DNA of 64,000 nucleotides, from positions 1,088,001 to 1,152,000 of the forward strand of contig CBDEUS010000002.1 of the NCBI GenBank assembly GCA_965243395.1, given 5' to 3'. Positions within the stretch are counted from its first letter, which is position 1. Each line of letters opens with the position of its first letter. The translations under genes were made by a program, and so were the position numbers. Origin of the DNA: Gammaproteobacteria bacterium. Lineage in GTDB: Bacteria; Pseudomonadota; Gammaproteobacteria; UBA4575. Positions 21,971-34,417 of the stretch are shown in pieces. A model generated the notes under the pieces. That model did not search any database. It saw only the letters and a list, made by a program, of their open reading frames with translations, and was not told the DNA's origin.

Positions 21971-22588
21971 TTACTTCAGTAGAGCTGCTTTAAGTTTATT
22001 TTTCGCATATCGTAAGCGGCTTTTAGCTGTTTCCATTTTTACTTGAGTAATCTCGGCAATTTCTTGCACAGACATTTCCTGTTCAAAATACAATATTGCT
22101 GTTTCTTTTTGATCTGCAGGCAATTCTTCTAAAGCCTGCAAAAATAGCTTGCTTTTTTGTTTTAAGGTGAATTCATCTTCAGGTAAAGCGATGGGTGTTG
22201 AGTCATATGAAAAATCTTCGGGCATATCAGACTCTTCAAACTCGATTGTTTGGGAAGGCTTTGCTTTACGGTAATAATCTACTAATGTGTTATGTGCAAT
22301 AGTAAACAAATATGTTTTAAATTTTGCCTTAGGTTTATAACGGCCAGCACTTTTAATCACCTTTATCCACACCTCCTGATAAAGCTCTTCAGATTGTGGT
22401 TTATCACTACAGTGTTTAACAAAATATCGATAAAGTACATCTTTGTACCTGTTGTACAAGTCTTCGAAAGCAGCTTGCTCACCACTTTTATATTTGAGCA
22501 TTAAGCTTTCGTCACTAATAGTGTCAATACGATAGTTACGTGCTCTATTCATGGCTGGCAGCCTAGCGGTGCTAACCATTAAGTGCAA
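21971..22588 (-). CDS. ECF RNA polymerase sigma-70 factor (SbrI-like)
   Basis: SDESLM, AFEDLY, EELYQEVW, FKTYLFTIAHN, TAKSRLRYA; start may be a later ATG. Confidence 0.92.
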   Translation of the reverse strand: MHLMVSTARLPAMNRARNYRIDTISDESLMLKYKSGEQAAFEDLYNRYKDVLYRYFVKHCSDKPQSEELYQEVWIKVIKSAGRYKPKAKFKTYLFTIAHNTLVDYYRKAKPSQTIEFEESDMPEDFSYDSTPIALPEDEFTLKQKSKLFLQALEELPADQKETAILYFEQEMSVQEIAEITQVKMETAKSRLRYAKNKLKAALLK

Positions 22589-22619
22589 TAGGGCTGCACA
22601 ATAGTGCTATCTAAGTATA

Positions 22620-22647
22620 TAAACGAATAAATACGAGCAAGGGGTTA
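22620..22647 (-). promoter_or_regulatory. Putative ECF-dependent autoregulatory promoter (TAACCC-N16-CGTTTA)
   Basis: Minus strand TAACCC (22647-22642), 16 nt, CGTTTA (22625-22620), just upstream of the sigma gene; fits ECF AAC/CGT architecture. Confidence 0.6.
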
Positions 22648-22705
22648 AATACCCTATACATTAATATTGGTATCGTTGATTCGACAAGCTTGTTAGGATT
22701 CTGCC

Positions 22706-23872
22706 ATGGCTAAAGCTAAGGTTTCTAAGCGACTACAGGATGTGAATGCCTTTCACGTAATGAGTCTTATGGCAGAGGCTAAAAAGTTGGATAGTCAAGG
22801 ACACAAAGTTATTCATATGGAAATGGGCGAACCGGATTTCTCTACACCTCAACCCATTATCGATGCAGGTATTCGTGCGTTGCAATCAGGCATCACACAT
22901 TACACGCCTACATTGGGATTGCCCGCATTGCGAGATGCAATTGCTGATTTTTATTTTAAAGAATATCAAGTCTCTGTAGATGCAGAGCAGATTATTATTA
23001 CACCGGGATCTGCCACAGCGCTGCAACTAGTGTTGAATCTGATGGTTAGTAGTGGAAAAAGTGTTGCTATCACAGACCCTGCTTATCCGAGCACTCATAA
23101 TCTGGTGCGTTTGTTGGGAGGCCAGGTATTGCAGATTCCAGTACATGAAGATTCTTCTTGGCAGCTTACTTCTGACATACTCGAAGAAAATTGGAACGAA
23201 TCTATTAATGCAGTTTTATTAGCGAGCCCTTCAAATCCTACCGGAACGATTCTTGAGAATTCTGAATTACAAAAAATAGCTGATTACTGCGTTTCTAAAA
23301 ACACATTCTTATTAGTTGATGAAATTTATCATGGTTTGGTTTATTCGAATGCTCCCAGAACGGCAGTAGGATTGAATGAAAATACTTTTGTAATAAATAG
23401 TTTCTCAAAATTTTATGGCATGACGGGCTGGCGTGTTGGCTGGATTGTTTCGCCAAAACATTATTTAGAGGATTTAAATAAACTCGCGCAACATACATTT
23501 TTGGCAGCCCCTACTCCTGGGCAGTATGCGGCTTTAGCGGCATTTGAAGATGTTACACAAAAAATACTTATTGAAAGAAGAGATAAATTTAAGGCACGTC
23601 GTGATTATTTATACGATGCATTAGAAAATATCGGGTTTAAAATGCGTGTTAAGCCACAAGGTGCATTTTATATGTATGCAGATAGTTCGGCTTTCAGTGA
23701 TAATAGTTTTGAGTTTGCTAGCCAAGCTTTGCAGGATAAACATGTAGCATTTACACCAGGAATTGATTTTGGAATATCTGGGGCAAATCAGCATGTGCGT
23801 TTTGCATATACAACCAGCATTGAAAATTTAAAGATAGGTATACAACGCCTAAGCGAGTACAGAGAAATTTAA
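22706..23872 (+). CDS. PLP-dependent aminotransferase, class I/II
   Basis: GEPDF, SPSNPTG, DEIY, SFSKFYGMTGWRVGW. Confidence 0.92.
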   Translation: MAKAKVSKRLQDVNAFHVMSLMAEAKKLDSQGHKVIHMEMGEPDFSTPQPIIDAGIRALQSGITHYTPTLGLPALRDAIADFYFKEYQVSVDAEQIIITPGSATALQLVLNLMVSSGKSVAITDPAYPSTHNLVRLLGGQVLQIPVHEDSSWQLTSDILEENWNESINAVLLASPSNPTGTILENSELQKIADYCVSKNTFLLVDEIYHGLVYSNAPRTAVGLNENTFVINSFSKFYGMTGWRVGWIVSPKHYLEDLNKLAQHTFLAAPTPGQYAALAAFEDVTQKILIERRDKFKARRDYLYDALENIGFKMRVKPQGAFYMYADSSAFSDNSFEFASQALQDKHVAFTPGIDFGISGANQHVRFAYTTSIENLKIGIQRLSEYREI

Positions 23873-23881
23873 TTTCGGAAA

Positions 23882-24460
23882 ATGGGAAGCTTTATGAATT
23901 ATGTAATACGTTATTTGTTGTTTTTAATCATTATTTCGCTTTGCGTGTCTTGTTTAAATGCTAATAAAGATACTGATGAGACTGCAGATGAACAAATATT
24001 TATTAATGAGCCAATGAATAATGCACGTATGCATGATCTTTTATTGCGCATTGATCCAGATCTTCAAGGGCAGTTAGGGTCTTGGTTATTAAAGTATGAA
24101 TCATTACAGGTACAAGTAATTACAGATGAAAATGCAGACCGCATGCGTGTCATCGTACCCATAGACAAAATTGAAAATGTAGATCGAGAAGAGTTTATTC
24201 GCTTAATGCAGGCAAATTTTGATTCTGTTTTAGATGCACGCTATAGCGTGGCGAATGGTGTGTTATGGAGTGCTTTTATACATCCACTTTCAATTTTATC
24301 GGATGAAGAATTTATTTCAGGGCTTGCACAGGCCATAACGGCAGCGGCTACATATGGATCTACTTATAGTTCGGGTGCTTTGATTTTTAGAGGCGGTGAT
24401 AGTGATGAGCAACAGCGAGACTACTATGAAAGTATCATAGAAAAGGGGTTGAAGATTTAA
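23882..24460 (+). CDS. Conserved hypothetical exported protein (YbjN/chaperone-like fold, possible lipoprotein)
   Basis: Hydrophobic N-terminus with Cys; ADRMR, LMQANFDSVLDARY, WSAFIHPL. Confidence 0.65.
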   Translation: MGSFMNYVIRYLLFLIIISLCVSCLNANKDTDETADEQIFINEPMNNARMHDLLLRIDPDLQGQLGSWLLKYESLQVQVITDENADRMRVIVPIDKIENVDREEFIRLMQANFDSVLDARYSVANGVLWSAFIHPLSILSDEEFISGLAQAITAAATYGSTYSSGALIFRGGDSDEQQRDYYESIIEKGLKI

Positions 24461-24474
24461 AGCTTATTTATTAC

Positions 24475-24684
24475 TTATGTTGCAAGTGATGAATTGTGAT
24501 ATAACGAAGAGGCTTTTTTGCAAATGTTTTTGCGTATTTCCTCTTGGTACTGATCTTCAAAACGCGGCATTTGTGACGCTGCAGACATGAGATACCACAA
24601 TCCATTGCGTTGCTTCATGAAATAAGAAACAAGCTTGTTTGCTTCTCGTTTTGCTCTTGCGAGCATGAGTTCATCTTGCATCAT
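24475..24684 (-). CDS. Small hypothetical protein
   Basis: 69 aa; strong AAGGAG RBS just upstream of ATG. Confidence 0.55.
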   Translation of the reverse strand: MMQDELMLARAKREANKLVSYFMKQRNGLWYLMSAASQMPRFEDQYQEEIRKNICKKASSLYHNSSLAT

Positions 24685-24855
24685 TCGTCTCCTTGTTTGA
24701 ACTGAATGATTACGACATCATTGTGCACATATAAATGAGTATATGTGTTGACGCCTTAGATTAATGGTGCTGAATAGCTTAATCAAAGGCATCAGAACTA
24801 GCTAAGTAGTTGTTATTAGTTAGAGGATAAATATCAAGATTAGTTCAGCCTGAAA

Positions 24856-25617
24856 TCATTCAGAATGAAGCAAATTTGTTGAACTTGTTGATTTTAAATT
24901 TTTAGACCAAAGTGATGTAGCTGCTGCAACGCCAACAGGCATCGCAAAAAAATTAAGAATAGGTGTGATGGTCATAAACATTAATGCAGCACCCATGCCT
25001 ATACATTTAAATCGATTTTGTTTTATCAAAATTAATTGATCTTTAAATTTTATATCGTGATTACCCATGGGATAGTCTAAATATTCTATTGCTAACATCC
25101 AGGCGCCAAATAAAAACCATAAGAAAGGCGCAATTAGGTTTACACCAGGAATGATGGACAAGATAAGTAACGGGATTGCGCGGCTGACAATATATAAAAC
25201 TTTTCGTAGTTCATTGCCGAGCCCCAAGCTTGCTGCTTTTATCAGATCTAAATAATTACTATTACCAGTAGATTTTCTATTTTCTGTAGGTAAAAGGTGA
25301 TGTTCGATTTTTTCAGATAACACGCTATTAAAAGGTGCGCCTAAAAGGTTAGCCACTAATGTAAAGGCAAAAAACATCACGACTAAGCTGGCTAATATAA
25401 CAAGAGGCCATATAATAAATTCAAGCCAAGCAAGCCAAGTGGGTAATATTTGTTCGATATAAGCGTCTAGTTTTGTAAATCCGAACCAAAATGCACTCGA
25501 AAATAAAATTAAATTTATAAGTGCTGGAATAACTACATAACGCTTAACGCCTGGCTTTTTGATTAAACGAAAGCCGTTTAATACATGAGAAACTCCGTAT
25601 AGTGCATCTTTTAACAT
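24856..25617 (-). CDS. cysZ: Sulfate transporter CysZ (EI24 family)
   Basis: APFN..LSEKIE, EYLDYPM.NH, P.GVAAAT; near zipA-ligA. Confidence 0.88.
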   Translation of the reverse strand: MLKDALYGVSHVLNGFRLIKKPGVKRYVVIPALINLILFSSAFWFGFTKLDAYIEQILPTWLAWLEFIIWPLVILASLVVMFFAFTLVANLLGAPFNSVLSEKIEHHLLPTENRKSTGNSNYLDLIKAASLGLGNELRKVLYIVSRAIPLLILSIIPGVNLIAPFLWFLFGAWMLAIEYLDYPMGNHDIKFKDQLILIKQNRFKCIGMGAALMFMTITPILNFFAMPVGVAAATSLWSKNLKSTSSTNLLHSE

Positions 25618-25656
25618 CTAAAAGATCTTTATAATTCGTCTGTTTGTTATATAAAC

Positions 25657-26055
25657 TTAAAGTGAATTGGGAAGTTCGACAGGTGTTTTGGGTTGCCACC
25701 CTTGTTTGCGGTGTTCGACCGTAACATAAGTATAGATACCACCTCGTATATTAAAGTCTCCTGTGATTCGCATAAATCGGGGCTTTAGCAATGTCGCAAT
25801 ATCGCTTAGAATTTCATTAGTTATTGCTTCATGAAATGCTCCTTTGTCTCTAAATGACGTCATATACAATTTGAGAGCCTTAAGCTCTACACATAGTTCG
25901 TCAGGAACATATTCAATTAAGAACTTGGCAAAGTCAGGTTGGCCTGTAAGTGGGCATAAGCAAGTGAATTCAGGAATACGAATGCGGATAGTATAGTCAG
26001 TTTCGATTTGTGGGTTTTCGAAAGTATCTAAATGTTGTGTATGAAAATTCGTCAT
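25657..26055 (-). CDS. queF: NADPH-dependent preQ0 reductase QueF (short, type I)
   Basis: [16 protein letters not shown], QueF motif [15 protein letters not shown]. Confidence 0.95.
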   Translation of the reverse strand: MTNFHTQHLDTFENPQIETDYTIRIRIPEFTCLCPLTGQPDFAKFLIEYVPDELCVELKALKLYMTSFRDKGAFHEAITNEILSDIATLLKPRFMRITGDFNIRGGIYTYVTVEHRKQGWQPKTPVELPNSL

Positions 26056-26114
26056 CGGAGTTTCTATTTTGTTTTTAATATGGCTATTTTAGCGAATAAC
26101 GAGTGAATAAATAG

Positions 26115-29100
26115 ATGCTGCTTAGTTCAATCAAAATGGCCGGATTCAAATCTTTTGTAGATCCAATTACCTTGGATTTTCCAACTTCTATGGTGGGTAT
26201 TGTAGGCCCGAATGGTTGTGGTAAATCGAATATCATCGACGCCGTACGCTGGGTGATGGGTGAAAGCTCTAAGCATATACGCGGCGATACCATGGAAGAT
26301 GTGATTTTTAATGGTTCCTCAACCCGTAAACCAGTCGGTCAGGCTTCAATTGAATTAGTGTTTGATAATAGTGAAGGTAAATTGGGCGGGGAATATTCTT
26401 CTTATAACGAGATTTCCGTGCGTAGGCAAGTGACTCGTGACGGGCAATCTAAATATTTTCTAAACGGTACAAAGTGTCGCCGTAAAGATATTGTTGGTCT
26501 TTTCTTGGGAACAGGTTTAGGTCCTCGCAGCTACGCAATAATTGAGCAGGGAATGATCTCACGTTTAATTGATGCGAAACCGGATGAGTTGCGTGTCTAT
26601 TTAGAAGAAGCAGCTGGAATTTCTAAGTATAAAGAGCGCCGACGTGAAACCGAAAATCGAATTCGTCATACGCGAGAAAATTTAGATCGTTTAAATGATG
26701 TAATTGAAGAAATCACCAAACGTATAGAACATCTACAAAGACAAGCCCGAGCTGCAGAACGATATAAAGGGCTTAAAGCTGAAGAGCGACAAGCAAAAAC
26801 CGAATTGTTAGCTTTGCGTTGGCAGGCGCATCAAGATGAAGTGCTAGAGCGAAAACACACAATGGAGCATAAAGAAACAGAAATTGAAAAAGTAATTTCT
26901 GAAATTCGTGGCATTGAGGCAGAAATTGAAAAACTACGTCAGCAACACGCAGATGAAACAGAAGAGTTTAATCAAGTTCAGGGAGATTATTATAAGTTAG
27001 GCGGGGAAATTTCTCGAATAGAACAATCTATTCAACATGTGAAAGAGTTAAATAGTCGTTATGACGAAGAGCTTGCGCAAGTACAAGAAGCTTGGGCAAA
27101 ATCCGAGAAAAGTTTGATTGAAGAGCAAGCCAAAGCAGCAGATTTGGAAAATAAAATTGCAGCGATCGAGCCACAATTAACAGCTGCTCGTGAGGAATTA
27201 AGTTCCAATACTGAAAAGTTAGGTAAAGCCGAATCAAAAATGGCTGAATGGCAAGACGCATGGGAAGCATTGAGCGAAAAAATTGCCGAACCTGCACAAA
27301 TTGCTGAGATCGAAGCTTCTCGTGTTGATTATTTGGAAAATCATCTCGAGCAATTAACAGAGCGTAAAGATAAGCTCTTAGAAGACTTACATCAGTTCAG
27401 TAAGCACAAGTCGTCTAAAGAATCAGAAGATTTTGTATCTCGTGTGAATGAAACCAATATTGCATTGCAAGCCATTTCTCCAAAAATAGCTGAGTTGACT
27501 AAAAAGATCAGTGCGGGGCGCGATTCAAGTCAAACGTTAGGTATGCAACTTGAAAAGTCACGTGACAGATTACAAACAATGCAAACTGAACTCTCCTCGC
27601 TACAAGCTTTACAACGTGTGGTCTTGGGTGAGGAAGGTAAAGACGTTAGTAAATGGTTAGATCAGCATGGTTTAACGAAAGCACCACGTTTGATGGACCA
27701 GATAAAAACTGAGCCTGGTTGGGAAGCGGCAGTGGAAGCCGTATTGGGAGATTACTTGGAAGCAGTTTGTGTAAAAGACATCAAGCAAGTAGCGGCTTCA
27801 ATGAAAGATATTCGAACAGGTCGCGTGATGATGCTTAATCAAAACACTGATGTTAAACAACATTCTCGAGACGCACTCGCGAGTAAAGTAAAAACCCCTG
27901 TAGATTTATCAGAAAAACTAGGGAATGTATTTGTTGCCAATAACGTTCAAGATGCGCTGAAAAAGAGCGCTTCACTCGAGACGGGAGAATCTGTAATTAC
28001 CAAAGATGGTGTTTGGATAGGCCCAGATTGGTTGCGCGTCTCAAGAATAGCAGCTAACAAAGGTAATGTGTTGCAGCGTAAAAATGAAATTCGCTCACTA
28101 GAAAAACAAGTGCATACATTACAAAGTGAAATTAATGCGATGGTAGAAAATCTGGAAGCATGTCAAAGTGAGTTGTATGAGAATGAAAAAGAACGTGATC
28201 AAGTTCAAGCAAGCTTAACCAATGCACAAAAGGTACATGCACAGGCTGAAGCTGAAATGTCGGGTTGGGAAAGTGAAAAAGAGCATATTACACGCCAAGA
28301 AGAGCAGGTGCGTGATTACCTGGAAGATGTAAATCGTCAAATTAAACAGTCAGAAGAAGAATTAGAAGATTCAAGAAACTCTAAACAAGAAGCAGATGAT
28401 GTACTAGAAACATTAAATGTAGATCGTGAAAAATTGTTAGAACAACGTGACAATACTGTTTTCCATTTAGACGGCGCTAGAAGCGAGGAAGTTGAGCGTC
28501 GAGAGTCAACCCATCGACTAGCATTAAATTTAGAATCTTATCGCAGCTCCTTAAAAGCTGCTCACGCGTCGTTAGAACGTATGAAAGAGCAAGGTGAGCA
28601 ACTTAAGCATCGTGAGCAAGCATTGCGTGAATCAATTGAAGATGGCAACACACCGCTCACAGAGCTTAATGCAAATCTTAAGAACTATGTGGATAAGCGC
28701 GTTAAGATTGAACACAACCTTGCAGATGCGAGAGCTACTGCACAACAAACAGAAGAATTGGTGCGTAGCAAGCAAGAATATAATGTAGAAACACAACGTA
28801 GTCTTGAAGAACATAGAAACGCATTAAATCAGTTGCAACTCGCATGGCAAGAAGCAAATGTTCGAAGTAAAACCGTGCAAGAACAATTACAAGAATATGA
28901 TGTTTTACCTGAGTCAGTATTAGAAAAACTTGATGAAGACGCTAGTTTAGAAAAATGGGAAGACAAAACGCAGTCATTAGAAAGAAAAATTAATCGACTA
29001 GGTCCTATTAACCTTGCCGCAATTGGCGAGTTTGAAGAGCATAATGAACGTAAAGAATATCTAGATAAACAGCATGAAGATTTAATGAATGCTCTAGAAA

Positions 29101-29615
29101 CACTTGAAGATGCAATTCGGAAAATTGATAAAGAAACTAAAGATCGTTTTAAAGATATTTTTGAAAATGTGAATAGTCATCTACAAGCTATGTTCCCACG
29201 CTTATTTGGTGGCGGGAAAGCGTTTCTTGAGATGACTGGAGATGATCTTCTTACCACTGGAATAGCGATTATGGCTCGCCCGCCAGGCAAAAGATTATCC
29301 TCGATTCAGTTGATGTCAGGCGGTGAGAAAGCGCTTACAGCTGTGGCACTGGTATTTTCATTATTTGAACTTAACCCCGCACCATTTTGTCTACTCGACG
29401 AGGTTGATGCGCCATTGGATGATGCCAATGTGACGCGTTTTTGTGATTTATTAAAAGATATGAGTGACCGAGTGCAGTTCATATACATCACGCATAACAA
29501 AAATACTATGGAATATGCTAGTCAACTACTAGGTATTACAATGCATGAGCCTGGTGTTTCAAGAATTGTATCTGTAGATGTAGATGCTGCTGCTGAAATG
29601 GCTGCTGTTTCTTAA
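26115..29615 (+). CDS. smc: Chromosome segregation protein SMC
   Basis: GFKSF, GPNGCGKSN, long coiled coils with hinge, MSGGEK, LDEVDAPLD. Confidence 0.98.
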   Translation: MLLSSIKMAGFKSFVDPITLDFPTSMVGIVGPNGCGKSNIIDAVRWVMGESSKHIRGDTMEDVIFNGSSTRKPVGQASIELVFDNSEGKLGGEYSSYNEISVRRQVTRDGQSKYFLNGTKCRRKDIVGLFLGTGLGPRSYAIIEQGMISRLIDAKPDELRVYLEEAAGISKYKERRRETENRIRHTRENLDRLNDVIEEITKRIEHLQRQARAAERYKGLKAEERQAKTELLALRWQAHQDEVLERKHTMEHKETEIEKVISEIRGIEAEIEKLRQQHADETEEFNQVQGDYYKLGGEISRIEQSIQHVKELNSRYDEELAQVQEAWAKSEKSLIEEQAKAADLENKIAAIEPQLTAAREELSSNTEKLGKAESKMAEWQDAWEALSEKIAEPAQIAEIEASRVDYLENHLEQLTERKDKLLEDLHQFSKHKSSKESEDFVSRVNETNIALQAISPKIAELTKKISAGRDSSQTLGMQLEKSRDRLQTMQTELSSLQALQRVVLGEEGKDVSKWLDQHGLTKAPRLMDQIKTEPGWEAAVEAVLGDYLEAVCVKDIKQVAASMKDIRTGRVMMLNQNTDVKQHSRDALASKVKTPVDLSEKLGNVFVANNVQDALKKSASLETGESVITKDGVWIGPDWLRVSRIAANKGNVLQRKNEIRSLEKQVHTLQSEINAMVENLEACQSELYENEKERDQVQASLTNAQKVHAQAEAEMSGWESEKEHITRQEEQVRDYLEDVNRQIKQSEEELEDSRNSKQEADDVLETLNVDREKLLEQRDNTVFHLDGARSEEVERRESTHRLALNLESYRSSLKAAHASLERMKEQGEQLKHREQALRESIEDGNTPLTELNANLKNYVDKRVKIEHNLADARATAQQTEELVRSKQEYNVETQRSLEEHRNALNQLQLAWQEANVRSKTVQEQLQEYDVLPESVLEKLDEDASLEKWEDKTQSLERKINRLGPINLAAIGEFEEHNERKEYLDKQHEDLMNALETLEDAIRKIDKETKDRFKDIFENVNSHLQAMFPRLFGGGKAFLEMTGDDLLTTGIAIMARPPGKRLSSIQLMSGGEKALTAVALVFSLFELNPAPFCLLDEVDAPLDDANVTRFCDLLKDMSDRVQFIYITHNKNTMEYASQLLGITMHEPGVSRIVSVDVDAAAEMAAVS

Positions 29616-29693
29616 CTTCAATCTCAGATTACTAATCTGTGTCTGCAAAATTTTCTCAATTTAACTTAGTTTGCCAGTACGAATTCGTATAGC

Positions 29694-30470
29694 ATGGAAT
29701 TAGAACTTCGTATTGCATTATTACTCATCGGTATAGCGATGATTGCTGCGTTGTATTTTTTTGGTAAATCCAAGCGTGCAGTTCAAAAGCGAGAAGATGA
29801 TGAGTTTGATTTTTCTTCAGGTGATTTTCCTGATCCTCTAGAAATAGACCAGCCACTTGAATTGGATGATGATCTAGTAAACGAAAACGATCCAATAAAT
29901 GACATCAGTGATGGTTTGAGTAATTTGGTTCGTGAAGAAATTACGGAATCATCACATGTAAGGTCAGCTAAAAATAAAGCTGCGTTTAAACACCAACCTA
30001 GCTTATTAGATGAGGATCCAGAACCACCCAAACTTGAGGAAAAGCTTGTAGTGTTACATGTAATGGCACGTCGACCACAAAAATTCTCAGGCGATGGAAT
30101 TGAAAGCTTGAGTAGAGAACTTGATCTTGAGCTTGATGAAATGCAAATTTTTAATAAATACGTTGAAAGGTTTAGTGGCAAGAAAACACTTTATCATATG
30201 CTAAATATTGTTAAGCCTGGGACTTTCAATAAACAATCTATGCGAGAGTTTGAAACACCAGGGCTGAGCTTTGTTTTAAATTTACCCGGGCCAGAAGAGG
30301 GCTTGCGAGCTTTTAATATTATGCTTGAGGATGCTCGAAAATTTGCAGAGCGTTTGAATGGAGATTTACTGGACGAATCACGAAATCGTTTAAATCCACA
30401 AATGACTGCGCACATTCAAGAAGATATACAGCTTTTTAGTTTGAAAAATCCCCGCACAGCTCAAGCTTGA
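29694..30470 (+). CDS. zipA: Cell division protein ZipA
   Basis: N-terminal TM, acidic linker, C-terminal KPGTF...TPG FtsZ-binding domain; smc-zipA-ligA order. Confidence 0.85.
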   Translation: MELELRIALLLIGIAMIAALYFFGKSKRAVQKREDDEFDFSSGDFPDPLEIDQPLELDDDLVNENDPINDISDGLSNLVREEITESSHVRSAKNKAAFKHQPSLLDEDPEPPKLEEKLVVLHVMARRPQKFSGDGIESLSRELDLELDEMQIFNKYVERFSGKKTLYHMLNIVKPGTFNKQSMREFETPGLSFVLNLPGPEEGLRAFNIMLEDARKFAERLNGDLLDESRNRLNPQMTAHIQEDIQLFSLKNPRTAQA

Positions 30471-30504
30471 AATAGCTCTAAAAAATTTTATCTTTGTTGC
30501 ATAA

Positions 30505-32529
<2,025 letters not shown>

Positions 32530-32619
32530 ACTCATTGACATTAATCTGTTCCTATAAGATAGTTCATTAATGTTATGGTTTGATATTTTCGTAGTTGTCA
32601 CTATTGAGGCTGTACAGAT

Positions 32620-32991
32620 TTGAAAACTGAACGCCGAGCTGTCGCGCGTTACCGTGCAAAAATTCCTGTGCGGATTGAAATAGATGATTACCGATTTGAT
32701 GCCACAACCACGGAAATATCCCTGCAAGGATTACGAATCTTATGCTCTGGCCCTGTGGCTAATTCCGTATTTAATCAATATATACAAGTAACACCTGGTG
32801 AAAATATCACTGCGAATATTAATATTAATATTTCAAATGCAGTAGATTTAGCAGATACACTGAATTGTCAGACTAGAGTGATAACGGTTAATCGCGTGTC
32901 TCAAGATAGTTATATCGTTGGCTTTAAGATTATAGAGTTTTTAGATGATGATTTTGACCGCTGGCATGATCATATTGCTACTAAACACTAG
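32620..32991 (+). CDS. PilZ domain protein
   Basis: RxxxR (RAVAR) and EISLQG (variant of D/NxSxxG); TTG start. Confidence 0.75.
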   Translation: MKTERRAVARYRAKIPVRIEIDDYRFDATTTEISLQGLRILCSGPVANSVFNQYIQVTPGENITANININISNAVDLADTLNCQTRVITVNRVSQDSYIVGFKIIEFLDDDFDRWHDHIATKH

Positions 32992-33115
32992 TCAAGATTT
33001 TTTATAATTTAATAAGCATTAATCCATGCTACTTGATAATACTTTGCTAAAATGAAAGAGTATTTTGTATTGGATTGAATCCCAGAGTTTACATCTAAAT
33101 TTTACAACCTTTAAA

Positions 33116-33877
33116 TTGTCTAATATTCACTCAACTGCTGTTGTATCTCCAAAAGCGGAAATAGATACCGATGTAAAAATTGGACCATATAGCGTTGTTA
33201 AAGAAAACGTAGTCATTGGTGCAGGAACCGAAATAGGGCCTCATTGCGTAATTCATTCCTATGTAAAGTTTGGTAAAGATAATCAATTGCATGCTCAGGC
33301 TGTTATTGGCGGAATTCCTCAAGATTTAGCTTTTAGTGGTGAAGAAACATGGGTAGAGATCGGTGATGAAAATATTATTCGAGAAAATTGTACGATTCAT
33401 CGCTCTACCAATCCTAATAAACCAACAACTTTAGGCTCTAAATGTTATTTAATGAGCTACTCACATGTTGCGCATGATTGCCAACTTGGAAATGAAGTAA
33501 TTCTCACGGCTTATGTGGGACTTAGCGGACATATAGAAATTGGTGACAAAGCCAATTTGGGCGGACATGTTGGTACACATCAGTTTATTCGTATTGGCAG
33601 GATGTCCATGATTGCTGGGTATACCCCTGTCCGCAAAGATGTTTTGCCATTTTGTCTGTTGGGAGGAGATCCAGTACGGCATATGCGTTTAAATACAATT
33701 GGCTTGCGACGCTCCGGAATTAAGGGCGAGCAATATAAAAAGCTCGAACAAACATTTCGAAATTTGCGAGATGGAGAAGCTATAGAAGACCAGCATGGAA
33801 CTCCTGAAATTGATTATCTTCGAGAATGGATGTTAGCGCCATCTAAACGAGGAATTTATGGGTTTTTAAAAAACTGA
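33116..33877 (+). CDS. lpxA: UDP-N-acetylglucosamine acyltransferase LpxA (stand-alone copy)
   Basis: IHSTAVV hexapeptide repeats, PQDL, HVAHDC, LNTIGLRR; start placed at TTG 33116 (track 33065). Confidence 0.88.
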   Translation: MSNIHSTAVVSPKAEIDTDVKIGPYSVVKENVVIGAGTEIGPHCVIHSYVKFGKDNQLHAQAVIGGIPQDLAFSGEETWVEIGDENIIRENCTIHRSTNPNKPTTLGSKCYLMSYSHVAHDCQLGNEVILTAYVGLSGHIEIGDKANLGGHVGTHQFIRIGRMSMIAGYTPVRKDVLPFCLLGGDPVRHMRLNTIGLRRSGIKGEQYKKLEQTFRNLRDGEAIEDQHGTPEIDYLREWMLAPSKRGIYGFLKN

Positions 33878-33901
33878 AAATATTCTGTTAATTTTCTTTA
33901 A

Positions 33902-34417
33902 ATGTCTAAACTTATTAAACTGATTTTTGAAATTTGTCTGTTGCGCAAGGGCCCAGAGGATTTACCTGCAACACGCTCAGTGTTGCTTAACTTACTCATG
34001 GTAAGTTTAGTAGTTTCTATTTTTTTAGGCTTGATGATTTATGATACGAATGTTGCTTTGGTTTCCAGTATTGCAGGATTATTATTTTCATATATTTTTA
34101 CAAAAATATTATTAATCAATATGCCTGAACGATTTATACAAACGTTTAGTGCGATGTTAGGCACTGTCACTTTAATTAATTTACTTTCTTTGCCGGTTTT
34201 TGCTCCTTTATCGAATAAAGAGTTAAATGAAAGTATAGAAGTCTTGCTGAGCGTAGTCAGTTTTGGATTTTTAATTTGGATAATTGTGGTGTACGGATTC
34301 ATATTCAGCCGAGCACTTTCTGTAGCTCTAAATTACGGGATAGCGATAAGCGTTGGTTATACTTTTTTAAGTATCATCATTTTGCAATTGATTATGACAG
34401 GGAAAACACCCGCTTAA
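33902..34417 (+). CDS. Hypothetical membrane protein
   Basis: ICLLRKGPEDLP N-terminus, five hydrophobic segments; TAATG-coupled to mpl. Confidence 0.75.
   Translation: MSKLIKLIFEICLLRKGPEDLPATRSVLLNLLMVSLVVSIFLGLMIYDTNVALVSSIAGLLFSYIFTKILLINMPERFIQTFSAMLGTVTLINLLSLPVFAPLSNKELNESIEVLLSVVSFGFLIWIIVVYGFIFSRALSVALNYGIAISVGYTFLSIIILQLIMTGKTPA

Noticed and set aside
34276-34416. 47-aa N-terminal extension of Mpl in the track
   Set aside because: Overlaps the upstream gene; the canonical MHIHILG start is at 34417.
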